Positions 19,481-28,994 of a DNA stretch of 64,000 bases are shown here, piece by piece. The notes under the pieces are model-generated. The model did not search any database. It worked only from the letters and a program-made list of their open reading frames with translations, and was not told the DNA's origin. The stretch comes from Candidatus Buchananbacteria bacterium (GTDB lineage Bacteria; Patescibacteriota; Patescibacteriia; Buchananbacterales; UBA6539). The stretch covers positions 497,627 through 561,626 of the forward strand of contig JABWCG010000001.1 in NCBI GenBank assembly GCA_013359225.1, read 5' to 3'. The first letter of the stretch is position 1. Each line of letters begins with the position of its first letter. The translations under genes were made by a program, and so were the position numbers.

Positions 19481-20232
19481 CGATAGAATAAATTAAAATA
19501 CCAATTAATTAATTCCCGGCCGTACAGCATGGTAATAAAGGTTGCTAATGTTAAAAACGGACCAAATGGAACTTCCGAAGACATTTTCTTTTTTTTCAAC
19601 ATCATTAAAAAGACGCCAACTGTCGCGCCAGTCAAATAAGCAATAAACAAGGCAACAAGTACAAATTTCCAGCCAAGCATTAATCCCATTACTGCACCGA
19701 GCCTGATATCTCCATCACCAACCCATCGTCCGCCTGAAATAAAATACTGGGCTGCAAAAAAACCGGCACCTATTGCGGACCCCAATAGCAAATCCGCAAG
19801 CCCGGCCCCAAGATAGATATTCCCCAAAAATGCCACAATCATCGCCGGAACGCTCACCCGGTCCAAAATCAAATAATGCTTCAGGTCATAAACAAATAAA
19901 ACCATCAAAAAAGAGGAGAAAACTGAATAAATAAAAAATTTAGCACCCAAACCAAACACTGTATAAATCCAAACAAACATCAAAGCAGTGGCTAATTCAA
20001 CCATGGGGTACTGCCAAGAAATTGATTGATGACAATTTCGGCACCGTCCGCGCAAAATGATAAAACTAATAACCGGGATGTTGTCATACCAATTTATCTG
20101 ATATTTGCATTTTGGGCACTCTGACCGTCCGGACCAAAAAGATTTTTTTTTGCCAAGCCGAGCAATAACAACGTTCAAAAAACTACCGATAATCAAACCA
20201 AAAATAAATAATATAGACTCAAACATACTCAT
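19477..20232 (-). CDS. pilD: Prepilin peptidase (A24 family).
   Basis: N-terminal tetra-Cys Zn motif CPKCKYQINWYDNIPVISFIILRGRCRNC and a polytopic membrane domain containing GDGDI. Confidence 0.85.
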   Translation of the reverse strand: MSMFESILFIFGLIIGSFLNVVIARLGKKKSFWSGRSECPKCKYQINWYDNIPVISFIILRGRCRNCHQSISWQYPMVELATALMFVWIYTVFGLGAKFFIYSVFSSFLMVLFVYDLKHYLILDRVSVPAMIVAFLGNIYLGAGLADLLLGSAIGAGFFAAQYFISGGRWVGDGDIRLGAVMGLMLGWKFVLVALFIAYLTGATVGVFLMMLKKKKMSSEVPFGPFLTLATFITMLYGRELINWYFNLFYR

Positions 20233-20272
20233 ATTTTACCCTAAAAACCACCTTTCAAGCAAATAAGAAACA

Positions 20273-20303
20273 ATTAGGGCCTTGCTATCTAGCAAGGCCC
20301 TAA
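20273..20303 (-). terminator. Rho-independent terminator after pilin 1.
   Basis: Perfect hairpin TTAGGGCCTTGC-TATC-TAGCAAGGCCCTAA, followed on the minus strand by a T-rich tract, sits 30 nt after the pilin stop. Confidence 0.6.
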
Positions 20304-20333
20304 TTTAGGAAAGTCAAACCATTGTCAGGCTAT

Positions 20334-20801
20334 TTACTGAATACCATCGGGAGTAGCCGTGTGAGCGGTTCCGGTCAAACCACCGGTTTGCCCCTCAAGC
20401 GTGAAAGTAATATTGTATGACGGACAGGGTTCGGAAGTACAGTTTCCGCCGCCACCGGCCGCTACTGATTCATACGTGTATGCCGCACCGCCCGGCGTTG
20501 GGTTTGAAGGAACCAAACCCATATAAATCGGGTCAGCACAAGTAGTATCAAAGCCACCGGAACCAAGACAGGTAACATCCGTACCTAAAGTGTAACCGTC
20601 ACCGTCATCAACCGGGTAACTGCTGCTATCATTGAAATAAAGCTCCAGCGCTGTCTGAACTTGTTTAATGTCGGCAACGCGCTTCGCGTCTCTGGCCTTT
20701 TCTCGGGCCGAATTTAAAGCTACTACCGCCAATGTTGACAGTAAACCAATAATGGCAATAACCACCAACAATTCAATAAGAGTAAAACCTCGTTTTTTCA
20801 T
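20334..20801 (-). CDS. pilA: Type IV major pilin paralog 1 (PilA-like).
   Basis: Class III signal MKKRG|[16 protein letters not shown] with Glu+5. The ORF-track extension MKGGEK is actually the RBS AAAGGAGGTG, so the true ATG is at 20801. The C-terminal region is Gly/Thr-rich with 4 Cys. Confidence 0.85.
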   Translation of the reverse strand: MKKRGFTLIELLVVIAIIGLLSTLAVVALNSAREKARDAKRVADIKQVQTALELYFNDSSSYPVDDGDGYTLGTDVTCLGSGGFDTTCADPIYMGLVPSNPTPGGAAYTYESVAAGGGGNCTSEPCPSYNITFTLEGQTGGLTGTAHTATPDGIQ

Positions 20802-20882
20802 CTTTTCACCTCCTTTCATGGAAAAGAAATTATCAATTATATTAACTTACTAACAGTATACCACAAAAGCGACTTTTGGTAA

Positions 20883-22724
20883 CTAATTACCAGACCATTC
20901 CTTGCGATATTGGATAAACCGGTGATATTCATGATTAAACGGCGCCGTGTCAAAATCAATCGCTTTTACCAAATAATCTTGTGATTTAACACGATCACCT
21001 TCCACTAAATAAATGGCCGCCAAGTTATAAAAATAGTGGCCAATTAATCCGTCATCAGCCGGGTTCTGATGAATCAAATCTTTAACCTCTAAAAGATTTC
21101 GCATTGTCCCAAAATAGTACTGTTGATTAGCTCGCCGTGCCTCTGCCAGCGACGGATAAGCACGATAGGCATAGCCGTTTGGCAGCGAAAACTTTTTTTC
21201 GTTATTATTTTCACTTGTTAATGGATAGTTGGCATATAGCGGCCGGTCTTTAACGCTGTCAACCATGGTGAAAAACGTGCGGCGGCGATCTTCAAAACTC
21301 AACTTATAGTGTTCATCAGGAATTTTAACGTTAACGGTTTTATAAAAGAAATTTTGCTCTGAAATAATATCAACATCGGGCCGGAAATTTTCAACCATCT
21401 TAAAGTAAATCAGCGCAAAAATTTCCGTATCGGTCTGTAGGCTTCCGTCGTAGGCAAAATAATAAATGCTGTTTGGTTCCAGGCTGGACAACAGACCCTT
21501 GGTATAATCATACGTCAACCAATAATCGCTTAAATCATTTTGTCCAAAATTCATTGCCACAAAGCTGACCGGCAGGCTTAATAAGATAATCAATAAAGTA
21601 GCTTGGACTACCGCCTTAAGCTTGGCGTTGTTCTTAATAGTATTTAGTAGAAATTGATATAGATAATCAATAATAATGGCTAGCCACCAGACTAAAACAA
21701 AATAAGCCGGCAAATAGTACACTCGGTACGTGTGGTCTATTCCTAATGCAAAACCGTATTTTCTTAAATAAATCAGACCAAAGCTGTTAAGTAAAAAAAT
21801 GCCGACCGTTAGAGCTGCCAACGGCATATTTTTCTTCCAAAAGTACACTACGCCGCCGGCCGCTAGAATAATTGTTGGCCAAAAAAACTGCCGGTAAATA
21901 TCATACAAAAATGACAACACAATGCCCGTCTTGGAATAGGAGCTACTGAAAGGATTAAGATCGCCATATTTAGCCCTGGTAATGTGTGCAACAACATCTT
22001 GCCAGGTAGTAATCGGTCCCCAATTATAAACCGCTTGTTGCCACGCTCGGATCGGAATATATAAATACACCGACAATCCAAGACAAAACAACCCAAACAT
22101 TTTAACAATTAACCGCCAGTTAAAAATGATTTTTTTATTAACTAACAAAATAAACAAAGTAAACGCCGGGGCTAAAACAATTGACATCGTATGATTAGTC
22201 AAGCAAAGACCATATAGTAGCGAAAACCAATACAAGTATTTATCTTTTTGGTCTTGTTGCCATATCATTAGTAGGTAAATCAGTAAAGCGACAAAAAAAG
22301 TGTTTAATGTATACACTTCCGCCGTCACGCTTTGCGACCAAAAAATCAGGCTAAACGGCAACAACAAACTGACTAAAAAAGAAATAACATATCGGCTGAT
22401 TGTTTTTTGAATTATCAAATACAGCATAACAGCTGTCAGCGCGCCGAAAACTGCTGACATTAAATTAATCCTCCAACCCAATGTGCCGAAAGGAATAAAC
22501 GAAAAAATTTTACCAATCAACAGATACAGCGGAAACCCAGGCGGGTGAGGAATTCCCAATACATGAATGGCGGTCACAAACTCCGGACCGTCTTCGTTTG
22601 TAATGGTCGGAGCCAGCGTAAGTAAATACACCGCCATCACAGCGGTAAAAACCAGACTGGCACCAATAAAATTTTTGCGTAATAAAGTCTTCATTAATCC
22701 GCCTGAAAAATAATAAAATGCCAC
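20883..22724 (-). CDS. DUF2723 / GT-C-fold (PMT/ArnT-like) polytopic membrane glycosyltransferase.
   Basis: 613 aa with many TM helices and a C-terminal soluble domain. The likely true start is ATG 22694, which forms TAATG stop/start coupling with the methyltransferase. Confidence 0.55.
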   Translation of the reverse strand: MAFYYFSGGLMKTLLRKNFIGASLVFTAVMAVYLLTLAPTITNEDGPEFVTAIHVLGIPHPPGFPLYLLIGKIFSFIPFGTLGWRINLMSAVFGALTAVMLYLIIQKTISRYVISFLVSLLLPFSLIFWSQSVTAEVYTLNTFFVALLIYLLMIWQQDQKDKYLYWFSLLYGLCLTNHTMSIVLAPAFTLFILLVNKKIIFNWRLIVKMFGLFCLGLSVYLYIPIRAWQQAVYNWGPITTWQDVVAHITRAKYGDLNPFSSSYSKTGIVLSFLYDIYRQFFWPTIILAAGGVVYFWKKNMPLAALTVGIFLLNSFGLIYLRKYGFALGIDHTYRVYYLPAYFVLVWWLAIIIDYLYQFLLNTIKNNAKLKAVVQATLLIILLSLPVSFVAMNFGQNDLSDYWLTYDYTKGLLSSLEPNSIYYFAYDGSLQTDTEIFALIYFKMVENFRPDVDIISEQNFFYKTVNVKIPDEHYKLSFEDRRRTFFTMVDSVKDRPLYANYPLTSENNNEKKFSLPNGYAYRAYPSLAEARRANQQYYFGTMRNLLEVKDLIHQNPADDGLIGHYFYNLAAIYLVEGDRVKSQDYLVKAIDFDTAPFNHEYHRFIQYRKEWSGN

Positions 22725-23335
22725 ATATTAAAAATTATTTTTTTGCTGGTCACTTGTTTGAAGCCGGCGTCAAGAAAAATACCAAAACCCTCTTTCTTAA
22801 AGTCGTGAACATGCACATCTTCCCAGACCTGTCCTTTCCACTTAAGCCAAAACCACCAGACAATTTTAAACAGCCAATTCTCATTAGGAATAGCAATAAT
22901 AAAATAGCCACCTGGCTTTAATAATCTTTTTACCTCTGCTAAAACCGCTTTAGTATCAGGCAGGTGTTCCATGACGTCAAAACAAGTAGCCGCAATAAAA
23001 TAGTCGTCCGAAAAAAGTTTATCGGCCGGAAAATCAGCACGAACGAATTGAATATGAGGAAAGCGGGATTTGGCATACTCAATAGCTGATCCTGAAATGT
23101 CTACGCCGATTACCGGGCAACCACTCGCCGCTTGCACCACGTTAGTTAAATCTCCGCTATGACACCCTAAATCTAAAATAGTGCCTGTTAGTCGAAGCTT
23201 TTTAATTTCTTTGGTGATAATTTTAAAGCGTCGATGATGCCAGTACCGTTGCAAAAGATTTTTTTTAATCCCACGCTCGTAATAATCAACCGGAACGGCA
23301 TTATGGATCCGGTCTAAGTCTTCTTTAGTGACCAT
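22694..23335 (-). CDS. Class I SAM-dependent methyltransferase.
   Basis: Motif I ILDLGCHSGDLT and a methyltransferase type-11 architecture. Length is 213 aa. Confidence 0.75.
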   Translation of the reverse strand: MVTKEDLDRIHNAVPVDYYERGIKKNLLQRYWHHRRFKIITKEIKKLRLTGTILDLGCHSGDLTNVVQAASGCPVIGVDISGSAIEYAKSRFPHIQFVRADFPADKLFSDDYFIAATCFDVMEHLPDTKAVLAEVKRLLKPGGYFIIAIPNENWLFKIVWWFWLKWKGQVWEDVHVHDFKKEGFGIFLDAGFKQVTSKKIIFNMWHFIIFQAD

Positions 23336-25578
23336 AGTTTATATCTTGCTTTATTAACTTTTGAATAATCAAAAACGAAAAATACAACCAAAAGCAATAG
23401 CGTCAATGCGGTGATATTCCTTCCCATTATAAACGATTTTGGCTGATATTGAAATTTAACCTGGTGCTGTCCTGACGGAATAACTACCCCACTAAATGCG
23501 TTATTGGTTCGAATAATCTCCTGCGGCCGGCCGTCAATTGTCGCCTGCCAACCCGGATAAAAAGTTTTACTAACCACCAATAATTTCGGGGAGTTAACAA
23601 CGACATCAAAAATCATTTCTTGATTTTGATAATCAATAACCGTGGCGTGATCCGACTCACTAAATCCAGAGTCAACTGCTATCTCAGTTTCTACCAGCGC
23701 CCGATCCTGGAATGAAAAATCTGTTCCAAACATCATGCTTAACGCCGACTCTTCGTCCGCAACCGTCTGAACGGTGCCAATCAAAAATGCGCGCGGAAGG
23801 AAAAACTTATTTTCATATATTTTTAACGGCGGCAAAAAATGCTGTCTGATTTCTTCTGCCAAGACCAGGTTATCTGACTTGATTTCATAAAAACTTAAAA
23901 TGTACTTCACGTTCTGCATTCCCAAAACTTTCAGGGTTTGGTCCGGCAAACTGATCCATCCGTCCCGATGAACAAAAAAACTCTGATCAATCCCGGAAAA
24001 TATGTGGGCCAGCCGGGCGTCAAGCTGTCCGCCCTCATTCCATCCCCGATCATTATAAAGCTCAACATTAAAAAGCATGCTCAAATTTGGCTGAAGTAAT
24101 TCCCGTTCTTCCAAAAATAGCGCCATATTATTTTGCCAACCTTCGGAAAATTCGTAGGATTTCATCCAAGATAACTGATAAAAAAAGCTCGCCGTTCTGG
24201 CAAGCTCATTTTTTTGATGAAGAAATTCAGCGCTTTTTGGCATAGTAAAATACTCTGAGGGAAGAAAACCAACGTACTTTGACGCCATGAAAAATAAATC
24301 TGTTACTAATATAAGAATGACTATCATTGGCAAACCGATCCTCAAAAATTTTGACTTACTGTATTTTTTCGTTGCCGTTAGAAATCTTTTAAACTTGTCA
24401 TATATCACGTCAAAGCCGATGGCGGCAAAAATTGATAAACAAAAAGTTAATACCAATAAAAACCTTTGAGAAAATCGAAACATTTTCATCCCCGGAACTA
24501 TCTGCCAAGTCCAAAAATGCACCGGACTGAATTTACCCAAAATCAAAAGGAATGAAGCAATCGCAAGCAGCACTAGCACATAGTCAAGGGTACGTTTCCT
24601 AAATCCCTGATATAAATAATAAACCGCTAATAACAAGGAGATAATGCCAAAATAAAGACTACTTTCCCAAAAGCTGATGCCGGATCGGCTGTCAAAATTT
24701 CCGGTTGCCGGATTGCCGAAAAGGTAGGGTGAAAAAATAGTCAGCAACTGCGACGGTCTGAAGTTTAAAGCTACAGCAGTGTCATAATTAATCCACTCAT
24801 TTCTAGTTGAGATCCGCGAAAGCTCATACGTCGGCAAAAATTGAATTGCACAAAGGCCAAAAGTTAAAATACCTACTAATAGCCATGAACCAAAAATCAT
24901 TTTTATAGATCCTACGATGCCTTTTCTGCCGGGAATTGAGATATACCGCAAGACAAAATAAACAAAGCTTGCCACGATCGTGATATAGCTGATTTGAGGA
25001 TGACCGGCAAAAAATTGAATTGCAAAAACCAGGCTTAATAAAACCAAGTATTTCTTGTTATACTGCTGCAAAATTTTTTCAATCACGTACCATGCCAACG
25101 GCAGCCAAATTGCCGCATTAATCAGATTCAAATGTTTAATTCTAAAAACAAAAAAACCGCTATAGCTAAAAGCGATTGCAGCTAACAGAGCAGCTGAACT
25201 GCTCAAACGAATCACCCTGGCATATAAGTAAGTAAATACTGACCCCAAAAAAAAGTTCGCAACAAAACTACACAGTACCGCCAATCCTAATGGTAAAAAA
25301 ATAAAAAATAAAATATTTACAGGGTAAAATACGCCGCTTTGACCTTCCGCCAGGATCGGCCAACCGTTTCCTAATAGATTTGTCCAAAGCGGAAACTCGC
25401 CCCGACGAAATGAGTCGGCAACCGCGTCACGAAATGGAATATTAAGCTCCGTCAAATCACTGCCCGAATAATCTCCGGCATACGGAATGGTGCCCGTCAA
25501 CAATTGGGGTAAAAATAAAAAAGCTGCCAATGCCAGCAACACCAGTAACGGCCAAATTTTCTTCCAAACCAATAGCAT
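23314..25578 (-). CDS. YfhO-family polytopic membrane protein (GT-C-type glycosyltransferase).
   Basis: 754 aa. The N-terminal region LLTGTIPYAGDYSGSDLTELNIPFRDAVADSFRRGEFPLWTN... and more than 12 TM helices match YfhO proteins. Confidence 0.6.
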   Translation of the reverse strand: MLLVWKKIWPLLVLLALAAFLFLPQLLTGTIPYAGDYSGSDLTELNIPFRDAVADSFRRGEFPLWTNLLGNGWPILAEGQSGVFYPVNILFFIFLPLGLAVLCSFVANFFLGSVFTYLYARVIRLSSSAALLAAIAFSYSGFFVFRIKHLNLINAAIWLPLAWYVIEKILQQYNKKYLVLLSLVFAIQFFAGHPQISYITIVASFVYFVLRYISIPGRKGIVGSIKMIFGSWLLVGILTFGLCAIQFLPTYELSRISTRNEWINYDTAVALNFRPSQLLTIFSPYLFGNPATGNFDSRSGISFWESSLYFGIISLLLAVYYLYQGFRKRTLDYVLVLLAIASFLLILGKFSPVHFWTWQIVPGMKMFRFSQRFLLVLTFCLSIFAAIGFDVIYDKFKRFLTATKKYSKSKFLRIGLPMIVILILVTDLFFMASKYVGFLPSEYFTMPKSAEFLHQKNELARTASFFYQLSWMKSYEFSEGWQNNMALFLEERELLQPNLSMLFNVELYNDRGWNEGGQLDARLAHIFSGIDQSFFVHRDGWISLPDQTLKVLGMQNVKYILSFYEIKSDNLVLAEEIRQHFLPPLKIYENKFFLPRAFLIGTVQTVADEESALSMMFGTDFSFQDRALVETEIAVDSGFSESDHATVIDYQNQEMIFDVVVNSPKLLVVSKTFYPGWQATIDGRPQEIIRTNNAFSGVVIPSGQHQVKFQYQPKSFIMGRNITALTLLLLVVFFVFDYSKVNKARYKLWSLKKT

Positions 25579-25584
25579 TAGTTA

Positions 25585-25620
25585 ATTATATCATCTTTTA
25601 TTTAGCAAATAAACAAAATA
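25585..25620 (-). promoter_or_regulatory. Candidate promoter for the glycosylation cassette.
   Basis: Minus-strand TGATATAAT extended -10 with an upstream TTGTTT, between the pilin-2 terminator and the YfhO start. Confidence 0.25.
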
Positions 25621-25645
25621 AATCCCCCGCAAAACGCGGGGGATT
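25621..25645 (-). terminator. Rho-independent terminator after pilin 2.
   Basis: AATCCCCCGC-AAAA-CGCGGGGGATT followed by a T-run on the minus strand. Confidence 0.6.
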
Positions 25646-25667
25646 GGAAGCTTCCTGCATTTTAAAA

Positions 25668-26147
25668 TTACTGAATTCCGTCTGGGCTAGCAGTATGAGC
25701 GGTTCCGGACAAACCACCAGTCTGACCCTCTAAAGTAAAGGTAAGGCTGTAGGTGCTATTTGTCGAAGCAGTGTAGACGTAATCTGCGCCTCCCGGGCCA
25801 GGGTTAGTAGGCACTAAGCCCATGTAAGTTGTTCCACTCGGACAAGCTGCTGCTGAACCGACGAAACCACAGCTAGTACCGTTAGCACAAGCTGAACCAT
25901 CTCCGCGATAACATAGTACGTCTGATGAAGCAGTTAAACCCAAAGTTGCGGTCTGCACCGGATAACCACCGGCATCGTTGAAGTAAAGCTCCAACGCAGT
26001 CTGCACTTGTTTGATATCGGCAACACGTTTAGCGTCTCGGGCTTTCTCACGAGCTGAGTTCAATGCCACGACCGCTAAAGTTGATAGTAAACCAATAATG
26101 GCAATAACCACCAACAATTCAATTAATGTAAAACCTCGTTTTCTCAT
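25668..26147 (-). CDS. pilA: Type IV major pilin paralog 2.
   Basis: The first ~55 aa are identical to paralog 1 ([58 protein letters not shown]). The C-terminus is conserved ([22 protein letters not shown]) and the middle differs. The RBS is AAGGAAAGGGGGTG. Confidence 0.85.
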   Translation of the reverse strand: MRKRGFTLIELLVVIAIIGLLSTLAVVALNSAREKARDAKRVADIKQVQTALELYFNDAGGYPVQTATLGLTASSDVLCYRGDGSACANGTSCGFVGSAAACPSGTTYMGLVPTNPGPGGADYVYTASTNSTYSLTFTLEGQTGGLSGTAHTASPDGIQ

Positions 26148-26170
26148 TTCGTCACCCCCTTTCCTTGGTC

Positions 26171-26193
26171 TCGTTCAAACAAATTTTGAACGA
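26171..26193. repeat. Inverted repeat hairpin between pilin 3 and pilin 2.
   Basis: TCGTTCAA-ACAAATT-TTGAACGA followed by a T-run on the plus strand. This is terminator-shaped in the orientation opposite to the genes. Confidence 0.4.
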
Positions 26194-26259
26194 ATTTTTG
26201 TTTATTTTTTAGTTATCAACAACCAAATATATTATACCAAAAAAATGAAAACTCAACAA

Positions 26260-26682
26260 CTAATACCCGTGAATCTCTTGCGGTCCACCATCTTCAAGAT
26301 AGTAAGTTATGGTAAACTCTTGTCCGTCGCTGTTATAACCATACACATGTTCATTCAAATTAAGCGGATCAATTGGCACGGTTGCCATATATAACTTACC
26401 CGTTTCAGTACCATTCAACGCTGGCGTTAACGCCGTAACCCAGTTAGCCTGAGCATTTTCCGGCAAAAGGTCAGCTAAAGGAAACCTTAAATTATCATCA
26501 AAGTATAAATAAAGTGCTAACTGGACCTGAGACGTGTCAGCCTTGCGTTTAGCGTCTCGAGCCCGAGTTCGAGCGATATTCACCGAGACCGTTGAGAGGC
26601 TAGATAAAATTCCGATAATACTGATAACGACCAACAACTCCACCAAAGTAAAGCCCCGTTTTTTTGATGTTGTTTTAAACAT
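26260..26682 (-). CDS. Type IV pilin paralog 3.
   Basis: Class III leader KKRG|FTLVELLVVISIIGIL with a divergent C-terminus. Length is 140 aa. It sits 18 nt downstream of pilC. Confidence 0.75.
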   Translation of the reverse strand: MFKTTSKKRGFTLVELLVVISIIGILSSLSTVSVNIARTRARDAKRKADTSQVQLALYLYFDDNLRFPLADLLPENAQANWVTALTPALNGTETGKLYMATVPIDPLNLNEHVYGYNSDGQEFTITYYLEDGGPQEIHGY

Positions 26683-26700
26683 AGTGCACCTTTCGATTAT

Positions 26701-27906
26701 TTATAAACTGGAAGCTAAATTATAAATTGGCAAAATAATAGCTGAAACCAACGCACCGACCGCTAGGCCCATCAACAACATAATCAACGGCTCAAGTAAC
26801 GTGACTAGATTGTTGACCATATTGTCTACTTCCCGACTGTAGAAATTAGCAATCTTGTCCAAAATTTCATCGATTCGGCCGGTTTTTTCTCCCAGACTTA
26901 ACATCTGCGACACCATCGGCGGTACTTCCCGAGTTCTCAAAAATACCGTAGCAATTGGATTACCATCTTCAACCTCTTCGGCTGTTTCACGAATTAAGTT
27001 GCGATAGACTGAATTGCCGACGACATCAGAAACAATCTGAAGACTTTTTGTCAGCGCAACGCCGCCGGTTGTTAAAGTGTACAAACTTCGTGCAAACCGC
27101 ACTAGAATAATTTTTTGAAACAGTTTGCCAAATATCGGCAATTTCAGAATCATTCTGTCCCATAGCAACTTCCCCTGATCGGTCCGGATCATTGCCTTGA
27201 CGCCGGCAAATAAACCGATGATCGCTGCAAGAATTGCCCACCAAAAACTGGTAAAAAAGTTACTGGTAAAAATCAAAATCTTAGTGGTTAAAGGAAGCTC
27301 AACTCCGGTTTCTGTTAAAATAGAAGTTAATTGCGGAATGACAAAAATCATCATCAATGTTCCGACAATCAATAAACCACCCACAATAAAAACCGGGTAA
27401 ATCATCGCTCCTCTGATTTTAGAGGACAAGTCGTAATCTTTTTCCTGCTGGTCAGCGAGGTAATTTAATACTTCATCAAGCTTACCAGACGTCTCGCCCG
27501 AACGGATAATATTAATAAAAAAATCATTAAAAATTTGCGGATGTCGCGATAACGCCGCCGACAGCTTAGCGCCGCCCTCAACATCATCGGCAACTTCTGA
27601 AACAACTGTTTTTAACACTGGACTTTCAGTCTGGCTGGTTAAAATACGTAATCCCTGAACCAGCGGGATTGTCGCTGAAACAATCACCGAAAGTTGTCGG
27701 GAAAAAATCACTAAATCCTTAATTTTTACCCGATTTAAAATTTTTAAAGACCGCTCCTGTAGGCCCATTTTTTCCACCTCAAGCGATAAAATGGTTAAAT
27801 CACGATCAACTAAAATTTCAGCCGCAACATCCTGGGACGCGGCCTGAATCATTCCTTCAATAACTTCATTATTTTCGTCAGTAGCTTTATAGCGAAAATA
27901 GGGCAT
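26701..27906 (-). CDS. pilC: Type IV pilus platform protein (GspF family).
   Basis: 401 aa with two GspF repeats and three TM segments. Confidence 0.85.
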   Translation of the reverse strand: MPYFRYKATDENNEVIEGMIQAASQDVAAEILVDRDLTILSLEVEKMGLQERSLKILNRVKIKDLVIFSRQLSVIVSATIPLVQGLRILTSQTESPVLKTVVSEVADDVEGGAKLSAALSRHPQIFNDFFINIIRSGETSGKLDEVLNYLADQQEKDYDLSSKIRGAMIYPVFIVGGLLIVGTLMMIFVIPQLTSILTETGVELPLTTKILIFTSNFFTSFWWAILAAIIGLFAGVKAMIRTDQGKLLWDRMILKLPIFGKLFQKIILVRFARSLYTLTTGGVALTKSLQIVSDVVGNSVYRNLIRETAEEVEDGNPIATVFLRTREVPPMVSQMLSLGEKTGRIDEILDKIANFYSREVDNMVNNLVTLLEPLIMLLMGLAVGALVSAIILPIYNLASSL

Positions 27907-27915
27907 AATAACAAA

Positions 27916-28989
27916 TTAAGCTTTAGCCATTGCCCGGAAACTTTCCGGATCAATCGCGTATTCAATCGCTTTATCAATTAATACCTGCCCCGACCGCACT
28001 AACTCTGCTAGAGACTGGTCAAGACTCGACATACCTTCAGCCCGTGAACTTTGTAAAATAGTATCAAGCTGTTTAATCCGACCCTGAGAGATTAATGACC
28101 GGACTGCCTCGGTAGCAATCAACACCTCTGTTGCCAACACTAATCCTCCGCCGGCTCGTGGAACTAATCGCTGGACAATCACCGCCAGCAAACTTTCAGA
28201 CAATAAAAGCTGACCGCGCTGTTTTTCTTCGCCCTTAAACGCCGCAAAAATTTCTTCAATCGTTTGAACTGCTGAAGTAGTGTCCATATTCAAAAAAGCC
28301 AGTCTGCCAGAATTGGCGAATTCCAGAATCAACGGAATTACTTCTGGCTCCTGATTCGCTTCAACGGCCACTACGTCAACATCAGCCTGCTGCGCCGAAC
28401 GCAGAGCACTGGTAAAGCTTAACGTGTCCTTACCGACTTCTCGCTGTTCAACAATACTTTGTTGGTTGGTAAAAATATATTCAATCGGCTTTTCAATTGT
28501 CACAATATTTTCCGCCCGGCTTTTATTGATTTCTTCAATCATTGAAGCGATAGTTGTTGTCCGTCCCGATCCATAGGGGCCGGCGACCACAATCAGGCCG
28601 GAAGTCTTATCGACCAAGCCATAGACTGACTTTGGTAAACCTAAATTAATCAATAACGGCGAACGCTCCGGAATCAGTCGCAGGTTGGCAGACAAAAACC
28701 CTTTCTGAAAAAAGAAACTGATTTTCAACCGAAATTTTTTTGCGACTTCTTTAGTAAAAACAACTGTCCGATCCTGGGCCAATTTTTCTTTTTGTTCAGC
28801 CTCAAGCCATTCCTCAGCCAATGATTTAATGAGGCTGTCGGTAATAATTGGTTCATCTCGCAGCTCCACCAACGAATCATCAATCCGAAAAGCCGGATAG
28901 CTGTTAACACTCAAATGAATCGTCGTCGCCTTTCGCTTCGCCGCCGCCGTCAAAATTTTATTGACAAAAATATTAGCTGAACTGTCCAT
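27916..28989 (-). CDS. pilT: Twitching-motility retraction ATPase.
   Basis: Walker A GLIVVAGPYGSGRTTT and a PilT-length hexameric secretion ATPase (357 aa). Confidence 0.8.
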   Translation of the reverse strand: MDSSANIFVNKILTAAAKRKATTIHLSVNSYPAFRIDDSLVELRDEPIITDSLIKSLAEEWLEAEQKEKLAQDRTVVFTKEVAKKFRLKISFFFQKGFLSANLRLIPERSPLLINLGLPKSVYGLVDKTSGLIVVAGPYGSGRTTTIASMIEEINKSRAENIVTIEKPIEYIFTNQQSIVEQREVGKDTLSFTSALRSAQQADVDVVAVEANQEPEVIPLILEFANSGRLAFLNMDTTSAVQTIEEIFAAFKGEEKQRGQLLLSESLLAVIVQRLVPRAGGGLVLATEVLIATEAVRSLISQGRIKQLDTILQSSRAEGMSSLDQSLAELVRSGQVLIDKAIEYAIDPESFRAMAKA

Positions 28990-28994
28990 AAAAC

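Noticed and set aside
20802-20819. Six-residue MKGGEK N-terminal extension on pilin 1.
   Set aside because: It is the translation of the Shine-Dalgarno sequence AAAGGAGGTG. The real start is [14 protein letters not shown] at 20801, matching paralog 2.
20650-26140. Pilin paralogs 1 and 2 as a recent duplication or recombination hotspot (antigenic variation cassette).
   Set aside because: Although the N-terminal 55 aa are identical at the protein level, the nucleotide sequences differ at many synonymous positions (roughly 75-80% identity by eye). These are old paralogs under purifying selection rather than recently homogenised repeats. They are retained only as part of the glycosylation-cassette finding.
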